In this document: positions 46,618 through 56,200 of the stretch, piece after piece
Position numbering within the stretch: position 1 is the stretch's first letter
How the letters are laid out: each line of letters opens with the position of its first letter
NCBI GenBank assembly: GCA_017475705.1
Contig: JAFVFB010000032.1
Location: forward strand, 4,971 to 68,970
Origin: Alphaproteobacteria bacterium
Lineage (GTDB): Bacteria; Pseudomonadota; Alphaproteobacteria; RF32; CAG-239
Length of the DNA stretch: 64,000 nt
Direction: 5' to 3'
Notes under the pieces: model-generated
Told to the model about the DNA's origin: nothing
What the model saw: only the letters and a program-made list of their open reading frames with translations
The model's database searches: none
Translations under genes and position numbers: made by a program

Positions 46618-49600
46618 ACGAAGAGACGCGCTTTGAAGAATATGAAAAAAAGACCAGAAAGCTGATACTGATTATTGGCGGCATTTTCGGTCTACTCTTT
46701 TTATTTGGTTTGTTAATGTTATCTTCAGATAACGAGCAATATATGCCGGAAGAAGCAGCCCCTACATTTGTCAAAGACCAGAGCATGTTACCGGTCGTAG
46801 ATGAAGAGCCGGAGGATGTCTTTATCAATACCGGAGAAACCAATGGCGCAGAGCGCAAAAAGCCGATAACAATCAGTCCTTCGCAAATCAATATGAATGA
46901 ATTTGTATTAGGTGTAGATACCCAAAATCAAAGCGTGCTGACTATTGGCACAGATGGTACAGAAAGTATACATATAGATAGGGTTGATTTAGCGGAAGAA
47001 ACAGAAGATGGATTCGTCTATCGCGACCGTTGCAAAAACAGAGAGCTAAGAGGGGACGAAACTTGCAATGTGTTAATTTCGTGGGTTCCGCATTTACCGG
47101 GGAATGTCCAGAACAATTTCAAAATTATTTGGTATGAAACAAGGTTAGGTCGCACCAGTGCTAAATCAGAAGAAGTCAGCATTCGTGGTAAAGCTGTGTA
47201 TCCAGAAGATGCACGTATTATTGGCCGCAGTGATGATAATTACAATCAAAAAAAGAACCTATCAGGTTATCGTCTAGCTATTGGTCCTAATGGAGAAATT
47301 ATTGGTTATATAGATGAAGCGGGCAATGTTTATGATTTAGAGGGGAATTTAATAGGCCATGTTAATGAAGATGGTCTAATTGTAGATGAAAAAGGTAATA
47401 TTATTGGTGTGGCGCAAAATATGCGCTTAGCATATGATAAAGACGGCAATATTATTGGTTATGCCAAATCAGATGGTTCTGTGGTTGATTTGCAGGGCAA
47501 TGTCATAGGTCAGTCTTTGCCAGATGGTAGCATAATTGATGAAGAGGGAAAAACCCTTGGTACAGCCATTGAAGCGGGATTTGTGTTTGATAAAGATGGC
47601 AAAATAATAGGCAAAGCCTTGCCAGACGGTACAGTCGTAGATATCAATGATCAAAATAAGATTATCGGTCATCTAAATAGCGATGGAGAAGCAGTAGATG
47701 AGAATGGCAATGTTATTGGCCGCGTTACAGCATCTGGGGATATTGCCGTAGATTCTGAAGGTAATGTTGTTGGGGTTGTCATGCCAGATAACAGCGTCGT
47801 TGATGCCAACGGCAATGTTATTGGCGATGTTGCAGAAGACGGCTCGGTGTATAGCTTGTCAAACAAAAAAATAGGCAGTAATAGTGATAGTCATAAGATA
47901 GCCTATGACAAAGATGGCAAAGCACTAGGCTACTTAGATAATGATGGTAAGATAGTAAAATTTAACAAAGATGGTGATTTATCAAAAGGCAAAATCATTG
48001 GTCATGTTGGTGCCAGCCGTCGTCTAGCATTAGACAAAGATGGCAATGTTATTGGGTGGATAGATAAAGATGGTAACGTTTATGATTTTGATGGTAATTT
48101 AATCGGCAAGGTGGATAAGAACGGCAATATTGTTGATAAGAATGGCAAAATTATTGGCAAAGCAGGGGCATATGCCAAGCTCGCATTAGATAAAGATGGT
48201 AAAGTGATTGGTTGGGTTGATGACCAAGGTCGAGTTTATGATAAAAATGGCAAATTGATTGGCTATGTAGATGAAAATGGAAACATTATAGCTGCAGACA
48301 ATCCTGAAACAAATATGGGTAAAAAACGCTTAGCTCTAGATGAAAACGGCAATGTTATCGGGTGGATAGACGATGACGGTAATGTTTATGATTTTGATGG
48401 CAATTTAATTGGCCATGTTAATGATAAGGGTGAAATAATAGATTTAAATGGTCAAAAGATAGGAACAGCCGGAGATTATGCAAATTTGGCTTATGATAAT
48501 AACGGCAAAGTCATTGGCTACATAGATGATAAAGGTCGTGTATATGGTAAAGATGGCAAATTAATCGGCTTTTTAGATAAAGATGGCAATATTATCGGTA
48601 CTACAGGGGAGATTATTGGCAAAGTTGGCATGTCGCGGCCGATAGCATTGGATTTATCCGGCAAATTTATGGGATATGTTGATAAAAATCGTAATGTTAT
48701 TGCCTGTGGTGGGGCAAAAATTGGTCGAGCCAATCGCAAAGGTGAAATTTTGGATAATAAGCGCAAAGTAATAGGTCGTGTTGGGGAAATACGCGAGCTT
48801 GCTTTTAGTGATAGCGGCATTTTCATTGGTTATGTGGATGATAAAAAGCGAGTCATAGATTGCACCGGCAAGATAATCGGTGTGGTAGATAAAGATGGCA
48901 ACATCATTGGTTCAACAGGGGAACTGCTTGGTTCTGCCGGAATATATAAAAGACTAGCCTATGACAAAGATGGTAATGTTATTGGTTATGTAGATAAAGA
49001 TGGTAATGTTTATGACTTTGATGGCAATTTAATCGGCAAAATGTTACCGGACGGCACGATAGTAGATAAATACGGTAATGTTATTGGCAAAGCCGGAGCC
49101 TACCGCAAAATGGCCGTAGATAAAGATGGCAAAATAATCGGTTATGTTGATGAAAATGGCAATATAGTAGATGCTCGCGGTCGCACAATTGGCAAAATCA
49201 AAAAAGATGGCAATATTGTTAAAATCAGTAATCAGATAATTGGTAAGACCTGCGTGCGCAAAAAAATGGTATTTGCAGAGAAGGGGCGTGTCATCGGTTA
49301 TATAGAGACAAGAAACATCGCTAAGAACTTTAGTGATAGGGTAATAGGCTCTGTTAAGCGTAGTGATGTCATAGATTCCAGAAATATGCTAATCGGCAAA
49401 GTCGGGGTACGGCTTAATGTCGTTCCGCAGGACAAAAAGATAATTGGCTATATTGATGAAAAGAATTATGCTCGTGGTGATGATGCCAAGGTAATTGGTT
49501 TGTTAGATGCTAAAGGCAACGTTTTAGCGGCCAAAAATAACATTATCGGTAAGGTAGATAAAAAGACCCCAGGGGTGTTGCGCAATCGTCAAAAAGAAAT

Positions 49601-52600
49601 TATTGGTTATATAAAGGGCAACAATTTTGCTTATGATAAAGCCAATAACATTATTGGATATGTTAACAATGAGTCAGAAGTTTTAGCTGCAGGGGAAATT
49701 ATTTGTAAAGCCTGCAAAAGTGTCAAATTAGCATATGACAAAAATGGCAATGTTATCGGTTATGTAGATGAGAATGGTCATGTGATCGGGGCTGATGGCC
49801 GCATCTTAGGTTATGTTGATAAAAATGGCAACATTATCGGAACAAATGGCAAAATAATTGGCCATGTTGGCGAGGGGCGTCGTTTAGCCTATGATAAAAA
49901 TGGCAAAGTTATTGGCTATATTGATCCAGATGGTACGGTAAGAGATTTTCATGGTAATATAATTGGCCATGTAGATGAAAATGGTAACATTATTGATAAA
50001 GACGGCAACATCATCGGCTATGCTGGTGAAGAGCGTTTGTTAGCGTATGATGAGAATGGTAATGTTATAGGCTGGGTAGATGAAAATGGTAATGTCATAG
50101 ACGGCGATGGTAATATTATCGGTGTTGTAGATGAAGATGGTAACATTATCGGCATAAGTGGTGAAGTAATTGGCCATGTCGGAGAAGGTAAAAATCTGGC
50201 TTATGATGAAAACGGAGATACATTAGGCTGGGTAGATGAAGATGGCACAGTAAAAGATTTTACCGGAAAAGACATTGGTTATGCGGATGATGAAGGAAAT
50301 GTCTTAAAGAACACTGGAGAGGTCATTGGTTCCGTAGGTAAAGTTGGTCGTTTAGCGTATGATGAGAATGGTAATGTTATAGGCTGGGTAGATGAAGATG
50401 GTAATGTTTATGACTTTGATGGCAATTTAATCGGAAAAATGTTACCGGACGGCACTATAGTAGATAAAAATGGCAATGTCATAGGCAAGGCCGGAAATGA
50501 AATAGTCGGTCTGGCATTAGATAAAGACGGCAAAGTCATCGGTTATATCGGTAAAGATGGTAATGTTTATACAGGGGATGATAGATTATTAGGATATGTT
50601 GATGATGAAGGCAATATTGCCGGCATATCAGAGGATACCCTAGGCAAAGTATCAACCAACAAACGTCTAGCATATGATGAAAATGGTAATGTCATTGGGT
50701 GGATAGATGAAGATGGTACAGTACGTGATTTTGATGGCAATGTTATTGGTTATCTTGGCGAAGATGGTTTAATAAGAGATTTAAATGGCAATGTAATCGG
50801 CAAGTCTGGTGATTATGCACAAGTTATTGTTGATGACAATGGTAAAATTATCGGAAATATCGATAAGAACGGGAGAATGCTATCCAAAAACGGTACTGTA
50901 GATGGTGTTGTTAGTGATGATGGTTTAGTATATAAGAGCAGTGGTGAAATAATCGGCCATGCGGCCCCAAATGGTAACGGCGAATTAAAAACCGTGACAA
51001 GGAGAGCTGTACTGGATAAAAATGGCAATGTAATCGGCTGGCTTGATGAAAATGGTAATGCGTATGATTTTAACGGAAATTTGATAGGTCATCTGCGCGA
51101 GGATGGTACAATTGTTGATGAAAATGGCAATATTGTCGGTTATGCCGGTAATGATATGCAATTTATTATGGATGAGAATGGCCGTATTATTGGCACTGTA
51201 GGCGATTATGCCAATTTAGTGGTTGATGATAAAGGCGGGGTGATAGGCTATGTTGGCAAAGATGGAAAAGTATATAATTCGCAAGGCATAGCGATAGGCT
51301 ATGTTGATGAGAATGGTAATGTCATGACAGCGCGTGGTGTGAAAATAGGGGCTGTAATAAAGAAAGATTTGATAGCTATATCTCCCAAAGGATATAGTCT
51401 AGGCACAGTAAATAACCGCGGAGAAGTTATAAATAATAAAGAAGAATTAATCGGTAGAGTTTTGCCGACCGGTTTAATTAAAGCTACAGAAAATAATGAG
51501 GTAATTGGCCGTGCAGTCATAGGTGGTAAAGCAATTGGTTGGGGTTGTTCCCAATTAGGTTATGTGGATAGGGATGGTCGAGTAAAAAGCAAAGGGCAAG
51601 ATACAGGCTATCGGATGTTATTTGACCGTAGTATAGTAGATAAAGAAGGCAAGTATGTAGGTGATGTCGTCAAAATAGGTTGGGCACATGATGACAAATG
51701 TAACATTATCGGTAAAGTGGATTATGACGGCTATGTTTACAATGGCAAAGGGGAATACATTGGATGTTCAAATCCGGATGGTAGTATCTTAAACAAAGAA
51801 GGTCAAAAGATTGGCCAAGTTTATGAGCAGCGTTATGCTTTATACCATAGCGGAGAGTTTATGGGTACGATGGGTCCAGATGGCATTATCAAATCAGGTA
51901 GCACGGCAGTTGGATGTGCAAATTTGGAAGGTGAAGTTCTCAATCGAGACGGCTTTATCATTGGCCACGTGATAGACAAAGTTCAGGCGTATGACTTGGA
52001 CGGTAATTTTATCAATACGCTATCGCCATATAAATATGAAAGCGAAGAAGCCATACCTGATACCAAGATATTGTTTGACAGTCTGCTGGTGGACACCAAA
52101 AAAGAGGTCAAAGGCATAATTCTACCGGAGAAAAATATAATTGTTAGCGCGAATGGCAATATCTTAGGGCGTTTATTTGCTGATGGGTATGTATACAATA
52201 GCAAAGGTGTCGCCGTTGAAAAAATAGTTTCAGATGGTAGTGCTTTTTATTCGGGCAGGCTTGGTCGCTTACTACCGCGCGGCAATGTGGTAGATTTTTA
52301 TGGTGATGTGATAGGTTTTGTTAATGATAATGCGGAGGTCATCAATTCAATAGGCAAAGTTTTGGGGCGGATAGATGCCAAGGGCCGAATGTTTAATGAC
52401 AAAGGGGAATACAAAGGAGGTATTGTCCGCAGCGGTGTGGGTGTAGGCTATGACGGCTCTTATTTAGGCTATGCTTCCAAGAGTGGTAAAGTTATTGATG
52501 CAGATGGCAACACAATCGGCAGTGTAAGCTCGGATGGTCATATCTTAGACCTTAACAAGCAGATTATTGGTGAAGTAACCAAAGAAGATTTAGTCATAGA

Positions 52601-53213
52601 TATTCTCGGAGGAATTAGAGGCTATCTAAATGGTCGAGGTGAAATAATAGACACACACGGTGAGATCATTACCACCATGGTGTTACCGGGAGGCTCATCA
52701 AATAAAAATTACAGCACAATTAAAAAAGGCTCAGTGCTTGGGTATTCCGGTCAAATAATAGGGCAGGTCGGTGTAGACGGCTCTGTCATCTCACGCGAAA
52801 ATAAAACGGTTGGTCGTGTTTTAAGCTCCGGACAAGTAATAGATAGCCAAGGGCAACTGCTAGGTGAAATTATAGAAGGGGATATTGTTATAGATAGACA
52901 AGATAAGGTTGTCGGCTTTGTAACGGCAGATGGACGAGTGATGGATAGCGAGCAAAAAGTCATCGGTAAATGCATTTCAGCAAATTTAGTTGTAGATAAC
53001 AATGGAAAAATTATGGGACATACATATAAAATAGGTGCTAATATACTTGGTAACAATGGTAAATTCTTTGGTCGTCTAGCACCGGATGGTAGTGTTCTCA
53101 GTATCACCAATGGTAAAATAGGCTACTTAAAGAGCAATGGCTCATATATAAACAGTCGCAACAAAGTTGCCGGCTATGTTTTAGATGAAGTTGCCCAAAA
53201 TCGGAGGGATTGA
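46614..53213 (+). CDS. Giant (2199 aa) membrane-anchored repeat protein, ~10-aa D-x-x-G-x-x-I-G units
   Basis: ATGA overlap with the virB9 stop. N-terminal TM helix LILIIGGIFGLLFLFGLLML, a beta-sandwich-like segment, then a continuous repeat array to the C-terminus. The 6.6-kb ORF is uninterrupted. Confidence 0.8.
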   Translation: MNEETRFEEYEKKTRKLILIIGGIFGLLFLFGLLMLSSDNEQYMPEEAAPTFVKDQSMLPVVDEEPEDVFINTGETNGAERKKPITISPSQINMNEFVLGVDTQNQSVLTIGTDGTESIHIDRVDLAEETEDGFVYRDRCKNRELRGDETCNVLISWVPHLPGNVQNNFKIIWYETRLGRTSAKSEEVSIRGKAVYPEDARIIGRSDDNYNQKKNLSGYRLAIGPNGEIIGYIDEAGNVYDLEGNLIGHVNEDGLIVDEKGNIIGVAQNMRLAYDKDGNIIGYAKSDGSVVDLQGNVIGQSLPDGSIIDEEGKTLGTAIEAGFVFDKDGKIIGKALPDGTVVDINDQNKIIGHLNSDGEAVDENGNVIGRVTASGDIAVDSEGNVVGVVMPDNSVVDANGNVIGDVAEDGSVYSLSNKKIGSNSDSHKIAYDKDGKALGYLDNDGKIVKFNKDGDLSKGKIIGHVGASRRLALDKDGNVIGWIDKDGNVYDFDGNLIGKVDKNGNIVDKNGKIIGKAGAYAKLALDKDGKVIGWVDDQGRVYDKNGKLIGYVDENGNIIAADNPETNMGKKRLALDENGNVIGWIDDDGNVYDFDGNLIGHVNDKGEIIDLNGQKIGTAGDYANLAYDNNGKVIGYIDDKGRVYGKDGKLIGFLDKDGNIIGTTGEIIGKVGMSRPIALDLSGKFMGYVDKNRNVIACGGAKIGRANRKGEILDNKRKVIGRVGEIRELAFSDSGIFIGYVDDKKRVIDCTGKIIGVVDKDGNIIGSTGELLGSAGIYKRLAYDKDGNVIGYVDKDGNVYDFDGNLIGKMLPDGTIVDKYGNVIGKAGAYRKMAVDKDGKIIGYVDENGNIVDARGRTIGKIKKDGNIVKISNQIIGKTCVRKKMVFAEKGRVIGYIETRNIAKNFSDRVIGSVKRSDVIDSRNMLIGKVGVRLNVVPQDKKIIGYIDEKNYARGDDAKVIGLLDAKGNVLAAKNNIIGKVDKKTPGVLRNRQKEIIGYIKGNNFAYDKANNIIGYVNNESEVLAAGEIICKACKSVKLAYDKNGNVIGYVDENGHVIGADGRILGYVDKNGNIIGTNGKIIGHVGEGRRLAYDKNGKVIGYIDPDGTVRDFHGNIIGHVDENGNIIDKDGNIIGYAGEERLLAYDENGNVIGWVDENGNVIDGDGNIIGVVDEDGNIIGISGEVIGHVGEGKNLAYDENGDTLGWVDEDGTVKDFTGKDIGYADDEGNVLKNTGEVIGSVGKVGRLAYDENGNVIGWVDEDGNVYDFDGNLIGKMLPDGTIVDKNGNVIGKAGNEIVGLALDKDGKVIGYIGKDGNVYTGDDRLLGYVDDEGNIAGISEDTLGKVSTNKRLAYDENGNVIGWIDEDGTVRDFDGNVIGYLGEDGLIRDLNGNVIGKSGDYAQVIVDDNGKIIGNIDKNGRMLSKNGTVDGVVSDDGLVYKSSGEIIGHAAPNGNGELKTVTRRAVLDKNGNVIGWLDENGNAYDFNGNLIGHLREDGTIVDENGNIVGYAGNDMQFIMDENGRIIGTVGDYANLVVDDKGGVIGYVGKDGKVYNSQGIAIGYVDENGNVMTARGVKIGAVIKKDLIAISPKGYSLGTVNNRGEVINNKEELIGRVLPTGLIKATENNEVIGRAVIGGKAIGWGCSQLGYVDRDGRVKSKGQDTGYRMLFDRSIVDKEGKYVGDVVKIGWAHDDKCNIIGKVDYDGYVYNGKGEYIGCSNPDGSILNKEGQKIGQVYEQRYALYHSGEFMGTMGPDGIIKSGSTAVGCANLEGEVLNRDGFIIGHVIDKVQAYDLDGNFINTLSPYKYESEEAIPDTKILFDSLLVDTKKEVKGIILPEKNIIVSANGNILGRLFADGYVYNSKGVAVEKIVSDGSAFYSGRLGRLLPRGNVVDFYGDVIGFVNDNAEVINSIGKVLGRIDAKGRMFNDKGEYKGGIVRSGVGVGYDGSYLGYASKSGKVIDADGNTIGSVSSDGHILDLNKQIIGEVTKEDLVIDILGGIRGYLNGRGEIIDTHGEIITTMVLPGGSSNKNYSTIKKGSVLGYSGQIIGQVGVDGSVISRENKTVGRVLSSGQVIDSQGQLLGEIIEGDIVIDRQDKVVGFVTADGRVMDSEQKVIGKCISANLVVDNNGKIMGHTYKIGANILGNNGKFFGRLAPDGSVLSITNGKIGYLKSNGSYINSRNKVAGYVLDEVAQNRRD
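47260..53190 (+). repeat. Intragenic degenerate tandem repeat array (30-nt unit, ~150-nt super-unit) with several near-identical long copies
   Basis: Examples: 48999-49070 versus 50397-50468 (70/72 nt identical) and 50040-50084 versus 50352-50396 (45/45). The peptide unit (D/N)x(D/N)Gx(V/I)IGxV recurs throughout. Confidence 0.85.
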
Positions 53214-56200
53214 TTTGCAGATTCGTATCTCAAAAATAGGCAAGATTGTCATGGCTTTATTTCTGGTGGTACAAACACAAAGTATTGCCTATGCAGCAGA
53301 TATTAGTGCCATAGATTTTAACGGAGATTTACTAGGCAAAGTTATTCCGGACGGTTCAGTTATAAGTTTTGAGCGAGAGGCTGTTGGCGAGGTCATTGGT
53401 CACATTACAGCAGATGGTTTCGTATTAAGCGAAGATGATGAATTGATAGGTGGTATTGTTCCCCGCGGAATAGTCATTTCTACCACCAATACTATTTTAG
53501 GCAAAGTAAACAACGATGGTTCAGTAACATCAGCTAATGATAGTGTTATTGGGAAAGTCTTGCCGAGTGGCTTGGTTGTCAATAATGATTATACCATCAT
53601 AGGTTCGGTGATAACATCTGGCCTAGTATATAATGACAATGGTGGTATAGTCGGCCGGATTTCGGGGAATGGTCGTTTTTATAGTTTATCAGGGGAAAAC
53701 AACGGTTTCATAACATCAACCGGTCATGTATACAGCTATGCCGGTACCAACAATCGAGCATCTTTAGTTGGCCGATTGATTATTTCCAAAATGGTGATAT
53801 CTTTTAGTGGTAAATTTTTAGGCAGCATTTCGCCAGATGGTAAAGTTGTTGATTTAAAGAAGAACGTTATTGGCAATATTCACGCTAACGGGTTCGCCTA
53901 CAATGCAGATGGTGAGGCAATAGGCCATATTGTAGAGAGTGGCTATGCATTTAACACAGACGGTAGCTATATAGGGGTCGTTAGTTACAATGGTGAGGTA
54001 ACCAAACGAGGAGAGGTTGTCGCACAAACATCATTTGGTAATCGGGTGATTGATAAAAATGGTAAAATCATAGGCTTTTCTGTTCCCTTAAATGCTACAG
54101 CTAATGGTCCTGATGGCAAATATATCGGGCGTATAAATCCGAATGGTAATATTGTCAAAGCCAGAAATGTTGTTGGTAAAATTAGCGCATCAGGCAGTGT
54201 GATAGACAGTCAAGGCAAAGTCATTGGACAAATAAACCAAGTGGGTCCTTTGTTTGATTATTTGGGGCAGCTTCGTGCCAATGCTACAGTCGATGGCACA
54301 GTTATGTCTTTAGAAGGCAATGAACAAGGTTATATGCAAAAAGACGTAGCTTATGACCATAAAGAAAAAGAGATTGGCCGGTTGTTGCAGAATTATTTTA
54401 ATTTTGATAATAAAAATACTTATATCGGGGTGAGTGGCATAGGCACATCAATAAGCTACAAAGGTCAGCAATTTACTATATCGCCATATGGATATCTGTT
54501 TAATGACAGCAGTACCTTAGAGTGGAGCAATTATCCGCTGTCAAGCATTTATAATTCCAAAGGGGAAATAATTGGTAATATTGCCGGTGATGGCAAATTA
54601 ACAGATACAGCCACCAATATTGAGGGTAAGTTAACAGGAGCCGGCTATTTTATTGATAAAGCAAATAATTTACAAGGTGCTGTGATAAAAGAGACCTATG
54701 CTACAGATTTTTCTGGCCAAAGTCTAGGTTATATAAATCAGCAAAATCAATTACTAAACAGCGCAGATAACATCTACGCACGCATATTGCCGGATGGGAG
54801 TGTTGTAGAAAACAACATACAGTCCCCCAAGTTGCTCGGCCGCGCAGATAATCGCGCGATAAGCATTAGCATTAATGGTGATTATTTAGGCACCAATACA
54901 TTGCTTGGACGTGTGCGCAAAGATAGTGAAGAAATCGGTCGCATTAGTTCTAATCAATACATAGTGGATAATCAAGGGGCACTATATGGAAAAGCAATAC
55001 CCTTTGGGGCTATTGTTTCTGCAGGTTGTAAGTTTTTAGGGGTTGTTTCAGATTCCGGAGATGCGCGCACAGCAAAAGGAGCTTATTTAGGGATGATTTT
55101 GGCAAATAACCAAGTCATTAATGATTCAGAAGAAGTGATTGGCTATATCATAAAACCTCAGCAAGTAAATGGTAAAAATGGAGAAGTTATCGGCATAGAA
55201 ACACCTTTAGGCCGCGTATTAAATTATGATAATCAAAATTTAGGCTGCCAAGATATAAATGGTAAAATTCGTGGCAACCAAAATGAAATTATTGGGCAAA
55301 TAATTCCCATAGCTCCGGTAATGGATTTTAATAATACGATTATTGGACACACTAACTTTAACAAAATGGTAGAAGATGAAACTGGCCGTGAAATTGGCTA
55401 TGTGGATATAGAGGGCGGCGTACGTTCTCTTACAGATAAGCAAGACATTGGTGTCTTAATGCAATATACAGTAGCCTTTAATGAAAATAGCACTTATTTA
55501 GGACGCATTGATACCGCCGGAAATGTCATTGCTGATGGTGGTGATGTGATTGGCCATGTCAATTATGATGGTTCTGTCACCCTAAATGATGGCAACCAAG
55601 GCTTTGCTTTATATGATTTATATGTATATGATAATCAAGGCCACACAGTGGGATATATCTCAAAGAATGGTCGCGTATACAGCATTATGGGTGATGTCAA
55701 AGGAGCTATATATTACGGGTTCGTACTGGATAAGAAACAAAATCTGATAGCTCGTGGTTCACGAGACTATGAAATTAGGGATAATAATCAAACCGTGATA
55801 GGTACTTTGGGGCTGGACGGCGTTGTAACAAATTCTAAAAATATTGAAGTAGGAAAATTAGCTGAGAATGGAAACATTATTGATAGCAATGGTCAAGTTA
55901 TAGCGCAAGCCAATGCTTATCAATATTACCATAGGTTCTTAAAAGCAAATCAAGAGCCGGAAGAAAATCCTATCATAGAAGAAACCATAGCACCGCAACC
56001 GGAGGAACAACAAGAGTTTGATGCTTCGCAACGTACTGTCGGAATAACCGTATCCCCGAGTAGCGGAGAGGATTTTGAGGAAGAGGTAGTAGAAGAGGAG
56101 ACTCCTCAGCCAGAGCCCAAAACAACAGAAAAGAAACAGCCAGCCAAGCCAAAAACAAACAATAGCAAATGGTGGCAAGATGTCGTTAGTGGTGTTACCA

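Noticed and set aside
47260-55900. Highly periodic DNA that might suggest a CRISPR array or satellite.
   Set aside because: The periodicity is a 30-nt coding repeat inside two long uninterrupted ORFs. The units are degenerate at synonymous positions, and there is no repeat-spacer structure.
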